A stretch of DNA of 64,000 nt from Squalus acanthias. Taxonomy: Eukaryota. Numbering within the stretch: the stretch's first letter is position 1; each line of letters begins with the position of its first letter. This document shows, piece after piece, positions 28,201-43,200 of the stretch. A program made the position numbers and the translations under genes. The notes beneath the pieces are model-generated. The model was not told where the DNA came from, made no database searches, and saw only the letters and a program-made list of their open reading frames with translations. The stretch lies in the NCBI GenBank assembly GCA_030390025.1, contig JASTWF010000034.1:5580001-5644000 (forward strand), given 5' to 3'.

Positions 28201-31200
28201 TCACTACCTGGTCTGGGTATACACCTGACTCCAGTCCCTCACTACCAGGTCTGGTCCTACACCTGAGTCCGATCCCTCATTACCTGGTCTGGGCCCACAC
28301 CTGACTCCGGTCCCTCAATACCTGGTCTGGTCCTACACCCGACTCCAGTCCCCCACTACCCGGTCTGGGCACATACCTGACTCCAGTCCCTCATTACCCG
28401 GTCTGGGTATACACCTGAATCCAGGTCCTCAATACCTGGTCTGGTCCTACAGCTGACTTCAGTCCCTCACTGCACGGTCTGGGATTACATCTGACTCCAT
28501 TCCCTCTAAACCAGGTCTGGCCCTACACCTGACTCCGGTCCCTCAATACCTGGTCTGGGTCTACACCTGACTCCAGTCTCTCACTATCCGGTCTGGGTCT
28601 GCACCTGACTCCAATCCCTCACTACCCGGTCTGGGTATACACCTGAATCCAGTTCCTCAATACCTGGTCTGATCCTACAGCTGACTTCAGTCCCTCACTG
28701 CACGGTCTGGGCCGACATCTGACTCCATTCCCTCTAAACCAGGTCTGGCCCTACACCTGACTCCAGTCCCTCACTACCCGGTCTGGGTATACACCTGACT
28801 CCAGTCCCTCATTACCAGGTCTGGGCCGACACCTGACTCCTGTCCCTCATTACCAGGTCTGGGTCTACACCTGACTCCAGTCCCTCACTACCCGGTCTGG
28901 GTCTACACATGACTCCAGTCCTTCACTACCCAGGCTGGGTCTACATCTGACTCCTCTCCCTCACTACCCGGTCTGGGCCACATCTGACTCCACTCCCTCG
29001 CTACCCGGTCAGGGCCTACATCTGACTCCAGTCCCTCATTACCAGGTCTGTGTCTACACCTGACTCCAGTCCCTCACTACCCGGTCTGGGCCCACACCAG
29101 ACTCCGGTCCCTCAAAACCTGGTCTGGTCCTACACCTGACTCCAGTCCCTCACTTCCCGGTCTGGGTCTGTACCTCACTCCAGTCCCTCACTATCCATCT
29201 GAGCCTACACCTGACTCCAGTCCCTCAATACCCGGTTTGGATCTACACCTGACTCCAGTCCCTCACGGCCCGTTTTGGGCCTACACCTGACTCCAATCCC
29301 TCACTACGCAGTCTTGGTATACACCTGACTCCATTCCCTCACTACCCGGTCTGGGCCTACACCTGACTACAGTCCCTCACTACCCGGTCTGGGCCCACAC
29401 CTGACTCCAGTCCCTCATTACCCGGTCTGAGTCTACACCTGACTCCAGTCCCTCACAACCCAGGCTGGGTCTACACCTGACTCCAATCCCTCACTACCTG
29501 GTCTGGGCCGAAACCTGACTCCAGTCCCTCACTACCCGGTCTGAGTCTACACCTGACTCCAGTCCCTCACTACCCGGTCTGGGTCTACACCTGACTCCAG
29601 TCCCTCACTACCCAGTCTGGGCCTACAGCTGACTGCAGTCCCTCACTACCCAGTCTGGGCCTATACCTGACTCCAGTCCCTCTATACCAGGTCTGGCCCT
29701 ACACCTGACTCCGGTCACTCACTACCCGGTCTGGGCCGACACCTGACTCCTGTCCCTCATTACCAGGCTGGGTCTACACCTGACTCCAGTCCCTCACTAC
29801 CCCCTCTTAGCCTACACCCGACTCCAATCCCTCACTACCTGGTCTGGGCCGAAACCTGACTCCAGTCCCTCACTACCCGGTCTGAGTCTACACCTGACTC
29901 CAGTCCCTCACTACCCGGTCTGGGCCTACACCTGACTCCAGTCCCTCACTACCCAGTCTGGGCCTACACCTGACTGCAGTCCCTCACTACCCAGTCTGGG
30001 CCTATACCTGACTCCAGTCCCTCTATACCAGGTCTGGCCCTACACCTGACTCCGGTCGATCACTACCTTGTCTGGGCCGAAACCTGACTCCAGTCACTCA
30101 CTACCCGGTCTGGGCCGACACCTGACTCCTGTCCCTCATTACCAGGTCTGGGTCTACACCTGACTCCAGTCCCTCACTACCCGGTCTGGGTCTACACATG
30201 ACTCCAGTCCTTCACTACCCAGGCTGGGTCTACATCTGACTCCACTCCCTCACTACCCGGTCTGGGCCACATCTGACTCCACTCCCTCGCTACCCGGTCA
30301 GGGCCTACATCTGACTCCATTCCCTCTATACCAGGTCTGGCCCTACACCTGACTCCAGTCCCTCACTACCCGGTCTGAGTCTGCACCTGACTCCAGTCCC
30401 TCATTACCAGGTCTGGGTCTACACCTGACTCCAGTCCCTCACTACCCGGTCTGGGCCCACACCAGACTCCGGTCCCTCAAAACCTGGTCTGGTCCTACAC
30501 CTGACTCCAGTCCTTCACTTCCCGGTCTGGGTCTGTACCTCACTCCAGTCCCTCACTATCCATCTGAGCCGACACCTGACTCCAGTCCCTCAATACCCGG
30601 TTTGGATCTACACCTGACTCCAGTCCCTCACGGCCCGTTCTGGGCCTACACCTGACTCCAATCCCTCACTACGCAGTCTTGGTATACACCTGACTCCATT
30701 GCCTCACTACCCGGTCTGGGCCTACACCTGACTCCAGTCCCTCACTACCCGGTCTGGGCCCACACCTGACTCCAGTCCCTCATTACCTGGTCTGAGTCTA
30801 CACCTGACTCCAGTCCCTCACAACCCAGGCTGGGTCTACACCTGACTCCAGTCCCTCACTACCCCCTCTTAGCCTACACCCGACTCCAATCCCTCACTAC
30901 CTGGTCTGGGCCGAAACCTGACTCCAGTCCCTCAATACCCGGTCTGAGTCTACACCTGACTTCAGTCCCTCACTACCCGGTCTGGGCCTACACCTGACTC
31001 CAGTCCCTCACTACCCTGTCTGGGCCTACACCTGACTCCAGTCCCTCACTACCCAGTCTGGGCCTATAGCTGACTCCAGTCCCTCTAAACCCGGTATGGG
31101 CCTATTTCTGACTCCAGCCCTCACTACCCGTTCTTGGCCTGCACCTGACTCCGGTCCCCCACTACCTGGTCTGGGCCTGCAACTGGCTCCAGTACCTCAC

Positions 31201-34200
31201 TATCGGGTCTGGATATACACCTGACTCCGGTCCCTCAATACCTGGTCTGGTCCTACACCTGACTCCTGTCCCTCACAACCCAGTCTGGGTATACTCCTGA
31301 CTCCAGTCCCTCACTACCCAGTCTGGGCCTACACCTGAATCCAGTCTCTCACTACTCGGTCTGGGCCTACACCTGACTCCAGTCCCTCACTACCCGGTCT
31401 GGGTCTATTCCTCACTCCAGTCCCACACTACTCGGTCTGGGCCTATACCTGACTCCAATCTCTCACTACCTGGTCTGTGCCGGCACCTGACTCCAGTCCC
31501 TCACTTCCCGGTCTGGGTCTATACCTCACTCCAATCCCTCACTACCTGGTCTGGGTATACACCTGACTCCAGTCCCTCACTACCAGGTCTGGTCCTACAC
31601 CTAAGTCCGATCCCTCAATACCTGGTCTGGGCCCACACCTGAATCCGGTCCCTCAATACCTGGTCTGGTCCTACACCCGACTCCAGTCCCCCACTACCCG
31701 GTCTGGGCCCACACCTGACTCCAGTCCCTCATTACCCGGTCTGGGTCTACACCTGACTCCTGTCCCTCACAACCCAGGCTGGGTCTACACCTGACTCCAG
31801 TCCCTCACTACCCCCTCTTAGCCTACACCCGACTCCAATCCCTCACTACCTGGTCTGGGCCGAAACCTGACTCCAGCCCCTCTAAACCCGGTCTGGGCCT
31901 ATTTCTGACTCCAGTCCCTCACTACCCATTCTTGGCCTGCACCTGACTCCGGTCCCTCACTACCTGGTCTGGGCCTGCACCTGGCTCCAGTACCTCACTA
32001 TCCGGTCTGGATATACACCTGACTCCGGTCCCTCAATACCTGGTCTGGTCCTACACCTGACTCCAGTCCCTCTCTACCCAGTCTGGGTATACTCCTGACA
32101 CCAGTCCCTCACTACCCAGTCTGGGCCTACACCTGAATCCAGTCTCTCACTACCCGGTCTGGGCCTACACCTGACTCCAGTCCCTCACTACCCGGTCTGG
32201 GTCTATTCCTCACTCCAGTCCCACACTACTCGGTCTGGGCCTATACCAGACTCCAATCTCTCACTTCCTGGTCTGTGCCGGCAACTGACTCCAGTCCCTC
32301 ACTTCCCGGTCTGGGTCTATACCTCATTCCAATCCCTCACTACCTGGTCTGGGTATACACCTGACTCCAGTCCCTCACTACCAGGTCTGGTCCTACACCT
32401 GAGTCCGATCCCTCATTACCTGGTCTGGGCCCACACCGGACTTCAATCCCTCAATACCTGGTCTGGTCCTACACTCGACTCCAGTCCCCCACTACCCGGT
32501 CTGGGCCCACACCTGACTCCAGTCCCTCATTACCCGGTCTGGGTATACACCTGAATCCAGTTCCTCAACACCTGGTCTGGTCCTACAGCTGACTTCAGTC
32601 CCTCACTGCACGGTCTGGGCCTACATCTGACTCCATTCCCTCTAAACCAGGTCTGACCCTACACCTGACTCCAGTCCCTCACTACCCAGTCTGGGTCTAC
32701 ACCTGACTCCAGTCTCTCACTATCCGGTCTGGGTCTGCACCTGACTCCAGTCCCTCACTACCCGGTCTGGGTATACACCTGAATCCAGTTCCTCAATACC
32801 TGGTCTGGTCCTACAGCTGACTTCAGTCTCTCACTGCACGGTCTGGGCCTACATCTGACTCCATTCCCTCTAAACCAGGTCTGCCCCTACACCTGACTCC
32901 AGTCCCTCACTACCCAGTCTGGGCCTACACCTGACTCCAATCCCTCACTACCCAGTCTGGGCCTACACCTGACTCCAGTCCCTCACTACCTGGTCTTGGC
33001 CTACACCCGAATCCAGTCCCTCACTACCCGGTCTGGGTATGCACCTGATTCCTTCCCTCACTAGCCGGTCCTGGCCTACACCCGACTCCAGTCCCCCACT
33101 ACCCGGTCTGGGCCCACACCTGACTCCAGTCCCTCATTACTCGGTCTGGGTCTACACCTGACTCCAGTCCCTCACTACCCCCTCTTAGCCTACACCTGAC
33201 TCCAGTCCCTCACTACCAGGTCTGGTCCTACACCTAAGTCCGATCCCTCAATACCTGGTCTGGGCCCACACCTGAATCCGGTCCCTCAATACCTGGTCTG
33301 GTCCTACACCCGACTCCAGTCCCCCACTACCCGGTCTGGGCCCACACCTGACTCCAGTCCCTCATTACCCGGTCTGGGTCTACACCTGACTCCTGTCCCT
33401 CACAACCCAGGCTGGGTCTACACCTGACTCCAGTCCCTCACTACCCCCTCTTAGCCTACACCCGACTCCAATCCCTCACTACCTGGTCTGGGCCGAAACC
33501 TGACTCCAGCCCCTCTAAACCCGGTCTGGGCCTATTTCTGACTCCAGTCCCTCACTACCCATTCTTGGCCTGCACCTGACTCCGGTCCCTCACTACCTGG
33601 TCTGGGCCTGCACCTGGCTCCAGTACCTCACTATCCGGTCTGGATATACACCTGACTCCGGTCCCTCAATACCTGGTCTGGTCCTACACCTGACTCCAGT
33701 CCCTCTCTACCCAGTCTGGGTATACTCCTGACACCAGTCCCTCACTACCCAGTCTGGGCCTACACCTGAATCCAGTCTCTCACTACCCGGTCTGGGCCTA
33801 CACCTGACTCCAGTCCCTCACTACCCGGTCTGGGTCTATTCCTCACTCCAGTCCCACACTACTCGGTCTGGGACTATACCTGACTCCAATCTCTCACTAC
33901 CTGGTCTGTGCCGGCACCTGACTCCAGTCCCTCACTTCCCGGTCTGGGTCTATACCTCACTCCAATCCCTCACTACCTGGTCTGGGTATACACCTGACTC
34001 CAGTCCCTCACTACCAGGTCTGGTCCTACACCTGAGTCCGATCCCTCATTACCTGGTCTGGGCCCACACCTGACTCCGGTCCCTCAATACCTGGTCTGGT
34101 CCTACACCCGACTCCAGTCCCCCACTACCCGGTCTGGGCACATACCTGACTCCAGTCCCTCATTACCCGGTCTGGGTATACACCTGAATCCAGTTCCTCA

Positions 34201-37200
34201 ATACCTGGTCTGGTCCTACAGCTGACTTCAGTCCCTCACTGCACGGTCTGGGATTACATCTGACTCCATTCCCTCTAAACCAGGTCTGGCCCTACACCTG
34301 ACTCCGGTCCCTCAATACCTGGTCTGGGTCTACACCTGACTCCAGTCTCTCACTATCCGGTCTGGGTCTGCACCTGACTCCAATCCCTCACTACCCGGTC
34401 TGGGTATACACCTGAATCCAGTTCCTCAATACCTGGTCTGATCCTACAGCTGACTTCAGTCCCTCACTGCACGGTCTGGGCCGACATCTGACTCCATTCC
34501 CTCTAAACCAGGTCTGGCCCTACACCTGACTCCAGTCCCTCACTACCCGGTCTGGGTATACACCTGACTCCAGTCCCTCATTACCAGGTCTGGGCCGACA
34601 CCTGACTCCTGTCCCTCATTACCAGGTCTGGGTCTACACCTGACTCCAGTCCCTCACTACCCGGTCTGGGTCTACACATGACTCCAGTCCTTCACTACCC
34701 AGGCTGGGTCTACATCTGACTCCTCTCCCTCACTACCCGGTCTGGGCCACATCTGACTCCACTCCCTCGCTACCCGGTCAGGGCCTACATCTGACTCCAG
34801 TCCCTCATTACCAGGTCTGTGTCTACACCTGACTCCAGTCCCTCACTACCCGGTCTGGGCCCACACCAGACTCCGGTCCCTCAAAACCTGGTCTGGTCCT
34901 ACACCTGACTCCAGTCCCTCACTTCCCGGTCTGGGTCTGTACCTCACTCCAGTCCCTCACTATCCATCTGAGCCTACACCTGACTCCAGTCCCTCAATAC
35001 CCGGTTTGGATCTACACCTGACTCCAGTCCCTCACGGCCCGTTTTCGGCCTACACCTGACTCCAATCCCTCACTACGCAGTCTTGGTATACACCTGACTC
35101 CATTCCCTCACTACCCGGTCTGGGCCTACACCTGACTACAGTCCCTCACTACCCGGTCTGGGCCCACACCTGACTCCAGTCCCTCATTACCCGGTCTGAG
35201 TCTACACCTGACTCCAGTCCCTCACAACCCAGGCTGGGTCTACACCTGACTCCAATCCCTCACTACCTGGTCTGGGCCGAAACCTGACTCCAGTCCCTCA
35301 CTACCCGGTCTGAGTCTACACCTGACTCCAGTCCCTCACTACCCGGTCTGGGTCTACACCTGACTCCAGTCCCTCACTACCCAGTCTGGGCCTACAGCTG
35401 ACTGCAGTCCCTCACTACCCAGTCTGGGCCTATACCTGACTCCAGTCCCTCTATACCAGGTCTGGCCCTACACCTGACTCCGGTCACTCACTACCCGGTC
35501 TGGGCCGACACCTGACTCCTGTCCCTCATTACCAGGCTGGGTCTACACCTGACTCCAGTCCCTCACTACCCCCTCTTAGCCTACACCCGACTCCAATCCC
35601 TCACTACCTGGTCTGGGCCGAAACCTGACTCCAGTCCCTCACTACCCGGTCTGAGTCTACACCTGACTCCAGTCCCTCACTACCCGGTCTGGGCCTACAC
35701 CTGACTCCAGTCCCTCACTACCCAGTCTGGGCCTACACCTGACTGCAGTCCCTCACTACCCAGTCTGGGCCTATACCTGACTCCAGTCCCTCTATACCAG
35801 GTCTGGCCCTACACCTGACTCCGGTCGATCACTACCTTGTCTGGGCCGAAACCTGACTCCAGTCACTCACTACCCGGTCTGGGCCGACACCTGACTCCTG
35901 TCCCTCATTACCAGGTCTGGGTCTACACCTGACTCCAGTCCCTCACTACCCGGTCTGGGTCTACACATGACTCCAGTCCTTCACTACCCAGGCTGGGTCT
36001 ACATCTGACTCCACTCCCTCACTACCCGGTCTGGGCCACATCTGACTCCACTCCCTCGCTACCCGGTCAGGGCCTACATCTGACTCCATTCCCTCTATAC
36101 CAGGTCTGGCCCTACACCTGACTCCAGTCCCTCACTACCCGGTCTGAGTCTGCACCTGACTCCAGTCCCTCATTACCAGGTCTGGGTCTACACCTGACTC
36201 CAGTCCCTCACTACCCGGTCTGGGCCCACACCAGACTCCGGTCCCTCAAAACCTGGTCTGGTCCTACACCTGACTCCAGTCCTTCACTTCCCGGTCTGGG
36301 TCTGTACCTCACTCCAGTCCCTCACTATCCATCTGAGCCGACACCTGACTCCAGTCCCTCAATACCCGGTTTGGATCTACACCTGACTCCAGTCCCTCAC
36401 GGCCCGTTCTGGGCCTACACCTGACTCCAATCCCTCACTACGCAGTCTTGGTATACACCTGACTCCATTGCCTCACTACCCGGTCTGGGCCTACACCTGA
36501 CTCCAGTCCCTCACTACCCGGTCTGGGCCCACACCTGACTCCAGTCCCTCATTACCTGGTCTGAGTCTACACCTGACTCCAGTCCCTCACAACCCAGGCT
36601 GGGTCTACACCTGACTCCAGTCCCTCACTACCCCCTCTTAGCCTACACCCGACTCCAATCCCTCACTACCTGGTCTGGGCCGAAACCTGACTCCAGTCCC
36701 TCAATACCCGGTCTGAGTCTACACCTGACTTCAGTCCCTCACTACCCGGTCTGGGCCTACACCTGACTCCAGTCCCTCACTACCCTGTCTGGGCCTACAC
36801 CTGACTCCAGTCCCTCACTACCCAGTCTGGGCCTATAGCTGACTCCAGTCCCTCTAAACCCGGTATGGGCCTATTTCTGACTCCAGCCCTCACTACCCGT
36901 TCTTGGCCTGCACCTGACTCCGGTCCCCCACTACCTGGTCTGGGCCTGCAACTGGCTCCAGTACCTCACTATCGGGTCTGGATATACACCTGACTCCGGT
37001 CCCTCAATACCTGGTCTGGTCCTACACCTGACTCCTGTCCCTCACAACCCAGTCTGGGTATACTCCTGACTCCAGTCCCTCACTACCCAGTCTGGGCCTA
37101 CACCTGAATCCAGTCTCTCACTACTCGGTCTGGGCCTACACCTGACTCCAGTCCCTCACTACCCGGTCTGGGTCTATTCCTCACTCCAGTCCCACACTAC

Positions 37201-40200
37201 TCGGTCTGGGCCTATACCTGACTCCAATCTCTCACTACCTGGTCTGTGCCGGCACCTGACTCCAGTCCCTCACTTCCCGGTCTGGGTCTATACCTCACTC
37301 CAATCCCTCACTACCTGGTCTGGGTATACACCTGACTCCAGTCCCTCACTACCAGGTCTGGTCCTACACCTAAGTCCGATCCCTCAATACCTGGTCTGGG
37401 CCCACACCTGAATCCGGTCCCTCAATACCTGGTCTGGTCCTACACCCGACTCCAGTCCCCCACTACCCGGTCTGGGCCCACACCTGACTCCAGTCCCTCA
37501 TTACCCGGTCTGGGTCTACACCTGACTCCTGTCCCTCACAACCCAGGCTGGGTCTACACCTGACTCCAGTCCCTCACTACCCCCTCTTAGCCTACACCCG
37601 ACTCCAATCCCTCACTACCTGGTCTGGGCCGAAACCTGACTCCAGCCCCTCTAAACCCGGTCTGGGCCTATTTCTGACTCCAGTCCCTCACTACCCATTC
37701 TTGGCCTGCACCTGACTCCGGTCCCTCACTACCTGGTCTGGGCCTGCACCTGGCTCCAGTACCTCACTATCCGGTCTGGATATACACCTGACTCCGGTCC
37801 CTCAATACCTGGTCTGGTCCTACACCTGACTCCAGTCCCTCTCTACCCAGTCTGGGTATACTCCTGACACCAGTCCCTCACTACCCAGTCTGGGCCTACA
37901 CCTGAATCCAGTCTCTCACTACCCGGTCTGGGCCTACACCTGACTCCAGTCCCTCACTACCCGGTCTGGGTCTATTCCTCACTCCAGTCCCACACTACTC
38001 GGTCTGGGCCTATACCAGACTCCAATCTCTCACTTCCTGGTCTGTGCCGGCAACTGACTCCAGTCCCTCACTTCCCGGTCTGGGTCTATACCTCATTCCA
38101 ATCCCTCACTACCTGGTCTGGGTATACACCTGACTCCAGTCCCTCACTACCAGGTCTGGTCCTACACCTGAGTCCGATCCCTCATTACCTGGTCTGGGCC
38201 CACACCGGACTTCAATCCCTCAATACCTGGTCTGGTCCTACACTCGACTCCAGTCCCCCACTACCCGGTCTGGGCCCACACCTGACTCCAGTCCCTCATT
38301 ACCCGGTCTGGGTATACACCTGAATCCAGTTCCTCAACACCTGGTCTGGTCCTACAGCTGACTTCAGTCCCTCACTGCACGGTCTGGGCCTACATCTGAC
38401 TCCATTCCCTCTAAACCAGGTCTGACCCTACACCTGACTCCAGTCCCTCACTACCCAGTCTGGGTCTACACCTGACTCCAGTCTCTCACTATCCGGTCTG
38501 GGTCTGCACCTGACTCCAGTCCCTCACTACCCGGTCTGGGTATACACCTGAATCCAGTTCCTCAATACCTGGTCTGGTCCTACAGCTGACTTCAGTCTCT
38601 CACTGCACGGTCTGGGCCTACATCTGACTCCATTCCCTCTAAACCAGGTCTGCCCCTACACCTGACTCCAGTCCCTCACTACCCAGTCTGGGCCTACACC
38701 TGACTCCAATCCCTCACTACCCAGTCTGGGCCTACACCTGACTCCAGTCCCTCACTACCTGGTCTTGGCCTACACCCGAATCCAGTCCCTCACTACCCGG
38801 TCTGGGTATGCACCTGATTCCTTCCCTCACTAGCCGGTCCTGGCCTACACCCGACTCCAGTCCCCCACTACCCGGTCTGGGCCCACACCTGACTCCAGTC
38901 CCTCATTACTCGGTCTGGGTCTACACCTGACTCCAGTCCCTCACTACCCCCTCTTAGCCTACACCTGACTCCAGTCCCTCACTACCAGGTCTGGTCCTAC
39001 ACCTAAGTCCGATCCCTCAATACCTGGTCTGGGCCCACACCTGAATCCGGTCCCTCAATACCTGGTCTGGTCCTACACCCGACTCCAGTCCCCCACTACC
39101 CGGTCTGGGCCCACACCTGACTCCAGTCCCTCATTACCCGGTCTGGGTCTACACCTGACTCCTGTCCCTCACAACCCAGGCTGGGTCTACACCTGACTCC
39201 AGTCCCTCACTACCCCCTCTTAGCCTACACCCGACTCCAATCCCTCACTACCTGGTCTGGGCCGAAACCTGACTCCAGCCCCTCTAAACCCGGTCTGGGC
39301 CTATTTCTGACTCCAGTCCCTCACTACCCATTCTTGGCCTGCACCTGACTCCGGTCCCTCACTACCTGGTCTGGGCCTGCACCTGGCTCCAGTACCTCAC
39401 TATCCGGTCTGGATATACACCTGACTCCGGTCCCTCAATACCTGGTCTGGTCCTACACCTGACTCCAGTCCCTCTCTACCCAGTCTGGGTATACTCCTGA
39501 CACCAGTCCCTCACTACCCAGTCTGGGCCTACACCTGAATCCAGTCTCTCACTACCCGGTCTGGGCCTACACCTGACTCCAGTCCCTCACTACCCGGTCT
39601 GGGTCTATTCCTCACTCCAGTCCCACACTACTCGGTCTGGGACTATACCTGACTCCAATCTCTCACTACCTGGTCTGTGCCGGCACCTGACTCCAGTCCC
39701 TCACTTCCCGGTCTGGGTCTATACCTCACTCCAATCCCTCACTACCTGGTCTGGGTATACACCTGACTCCAGTCCCTCACTACCAGGTCTGGTCCTACAC
39801 CTGAGTCCGATCCCTCATTACCTGGTCTGGGCCCACACCTGACTCCGGTCCCTCAATACCTGGTCTGGTCCTACACCCGACTCCAGTCCCCCACTACCCG
39901 GTCTGGGCACATACCTGACTCCAGTCCCTCATTACCCGGTCTGGGTATACACCTGAATCCAGTTCCTCAATACCTGGTCTGGTCCTACAGCTGACTTCAG
40001 TCCCTCACTGCACGGTCTGGGATTACATCTGACTCCATTCCCTCTAAACCAGGTCTGGCCCTACACCTGACTCCGGTCCCTCAATACCTGGTCTGGGTCT
40101 ACACCTGACTCCAGTCTCTCACTATCCGGTCTGGGTCTGCACCTGACTCCAATCCCTCACTACCCGGTCTGGGTATACACCTGAATCCAGTTCCTCAATA

Positions 40201-43200
40201 CCTGGTCTGATCCTACAGCTGACTTCAGTCCCTCACTGCACGGTCTGGGCCGACATCTGACTCCATTCCCTCTAAACCAGGTCTGGCCCTACACCTGACT
40301 CCAGTCCCTCACTACCCGGTCTGGGTATACACCTGACTCCAGTCCCTCATTACCAGGTCTGGGCCGACACCTGACTCCTGTCCCTCATTACCAGGTCTGG
40401 GTCTACACCTGACTCCAGTCCCTCACTACCCGGTCTGGGTCTACACATGACTCCAGTCCTTCACTACCCAGGCTGGGTCTACATCTGACTCCTCTCCCTC
40501 ACTACCCGGTCTGGGCCACATCTGACTCCACTCCCTCGCTACCCGGTCAGGGCCTACATCTGACTCCAGTCCCTCATTACCAGGTCTGTGTCTACACCTG
40601 ACTCCAGTCCCTCACTACCCGGTCTGGGCCCACACCTGACTCCAGTCCCTCATTACCTGGTCTGAGTCTACACCTGACTCCAGTCCCTCACAACCCAGGC
40701 TGGGTCTACACCTGACTCCAGTCCCTCACTACCCCCTCTTAGCCTACACCCGACTCCAATCCCTCACTACCTGGTCTGGGCCGAAACCTGACTCCAGTCC
40801 CTCAATACCCGGTCTGAGTCTACACCTGACTTCAGTCCCTCACTACCCGGTCTGGGCCTACACCTGACTCCAGTCCCTCACTACCCTGTCTGGGCCTACA
40901 CCTGACTCCAGTCCCTCACTACCCAGTCTGGGCCTATAGCTGACTCCAGTCCCTCTAAACCCGGTATGGGCCTATTTCTGACTCCAGCCCTCACTACCCG
41001 TTCTTGGCCTGCACCTGACTCCGGTCCCCCACTACCTGGTCTGGGCCTGCAACTGGCTCCAGTACCTCACTATCGGGTCTGGATATACACCTGACTCCGG
41101 TCCCTCAATACCTGGTCTGGTCCTACACCTGACTCCTGTCCCTCACAACCCAGTCTGGGTATACTCCTGACTCCAGTCCCTCACTACCCAGTCTGGGCCT
41201 ACACCTGAATCCAGTCTCTCACTACTCGGTCTGGGCCTACACCTGACTCCAGTCCCTCACTACCCGGTCTGGGTCTATTCCTCACTCCAGTCCCACACTA
41301 CTCGGTCTGGGCCTATACCTGACTCCAATCTCTCACTACCTGGTCTGTGCCGGCACCTGACTCCAGTCCCTCACTTCCCGGTCTGGGTCTATACCTCACT
41401 CCAATCCCTCACTACCTGGTCTGGGTATACACCTGACTCCAGTCCCTCACTACCAGGTCTGGTCCTACACCTAAGTCCGATCCCTCAATACCTGGTCTGG
41501 GCCCACACCTGAATCCGGTCCCTCAATACCTGGTCTGGTCCTACACCCGACTCCAGTCCCCCACTACCCGGTCTGGGCCCACACCTGACTCCAGTCCCTC
41601 ATTACCCGGTCTGGGTCTACACCTGACTCCTGTCCCTCACAACCCAGGCTGGGTCTACACCTGACTCCAGTCCCTCACTACCCCCTCTTAGCCTACACCC
41701 GACTCCAATCCCTCACTACCTGGTCTGGGCCGAAACCTGACTCCAGCCCCTCTAAACCCGGTCTGGGCCTATTTCTGACTCCAGTCCCTCACTACCCATT
41801 CTTGGCCTGCACCTGACTCCGGTCCCTCACTACCTGGTCTGGGCCTGCACCTGGCTCCAGTACCTCACTATCCGGTCTGGATATACACCTGACTCCGGTC
41901 CCTCAATACCTGGTCTGGTCCTACACCTGACTCCAGTCCCTCTCTACCCAGTCTGGGTATACTCCTGACACCAGTCCCTCACTACCCAGTCTGGGCCTAC
42001 ACCTGAATCCAGTCTCTCACTACCCGGTCTGGGCCTACACCTGACTCCAGTCCCTCACTACCCGGTCTGGGTCTATTCCTCACTCCAGTCCCACACTACT
42101 CGGTCTGGGCCTATACCAGACTCCAATCTCTCACTTCCTGGTCTGTGCCGGCAACTGACTCCAGTCCCTCACTTCCCGGTCTGGGTCTATACCTCATTCC
42201 AATCCCTCACTACCTGGTCTGGGTATACACCTGACTCCAGTCCCTCACTACCAGGTCTGGTCCTACACCTGAGTCCGATCCCTCATTACCTGGTCTGGGC
42301 CCACACCGGACTTCAATCCCTCAATACCTGGTCTGGTCCTACACTCGACTCCAGTCCCCCACTACCCGGTCTGGGCCCACACCTGACTCCAGTCCCTCAT
42401 TACCCGGTCTGGGTATACACCTGAATCCAGTTCCTCAACACCTGGTCTGGTCCTACAGCTGACTTCAGTCCCTCACTGCACGGTCTGGGCCTACATCTGA
42501 CTCCATTCCCTCTAAACCAGGTCTGACCCTACACCTGACTCCAGTCCCTCACTACCCAGTCTGGGTCTACACCTGACTCCAGTCTCTCACTATCCGGTCT
42601 GGGTCTGCACCTGACTCCAGTCCCTCACTACCCGGTCTGGGTATACACCTGAATCCAGTTCCTCAATACCTGGTCTGGTCCTACAGCTGACTTCAGTCTC
42701 TCACTGCACGGTCTGGGCCTACATCTGACTCCATTCCCTCTAAACCAGGTCTGCCCCTACACCTGACTCCAGTCCCTCACTACCCAGTCTGGGCCTACAC
42801 CTGACTCCAATCCCCTCACTACCCTGTCTGGGCCTACACCTGACTCCAGTCCTCACTACCTGGTCTTGGCCTACACCCGAATCCAGTCCCTCGACTACCC
42901 GGTCTGGGTATGCACCTGATTCCTTCCCTCACTAGCCGGTCCTGGGCTACACCCGACTCCAGTCCCCCACTACCGGTCTGGGCCCACACCTGACTCCAGT
43001 CCCTCATTACTCGGTCTGGGTCTACACCTGACTCCAGTCCCCTCACTACCCCCTCTTAGCCTACACCTGACTCCAGTCCCTCACTACCAGGTCTGGTCCT
43101 ACACCTAAGTCCGATCCCTCAATACCTGGTCTGGGCCCACACCTGAATCCGGTCCCTCAATACCTGGTCTGGTCCTACACCCGACTCCAGTCCCCCACTA

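Noticed and set aside
42834..43046. 70-aa ORF (-)
   Set aside because: It coincides with a private indel cluster, and the minus-strand consensus carries TAG/TGA stops.
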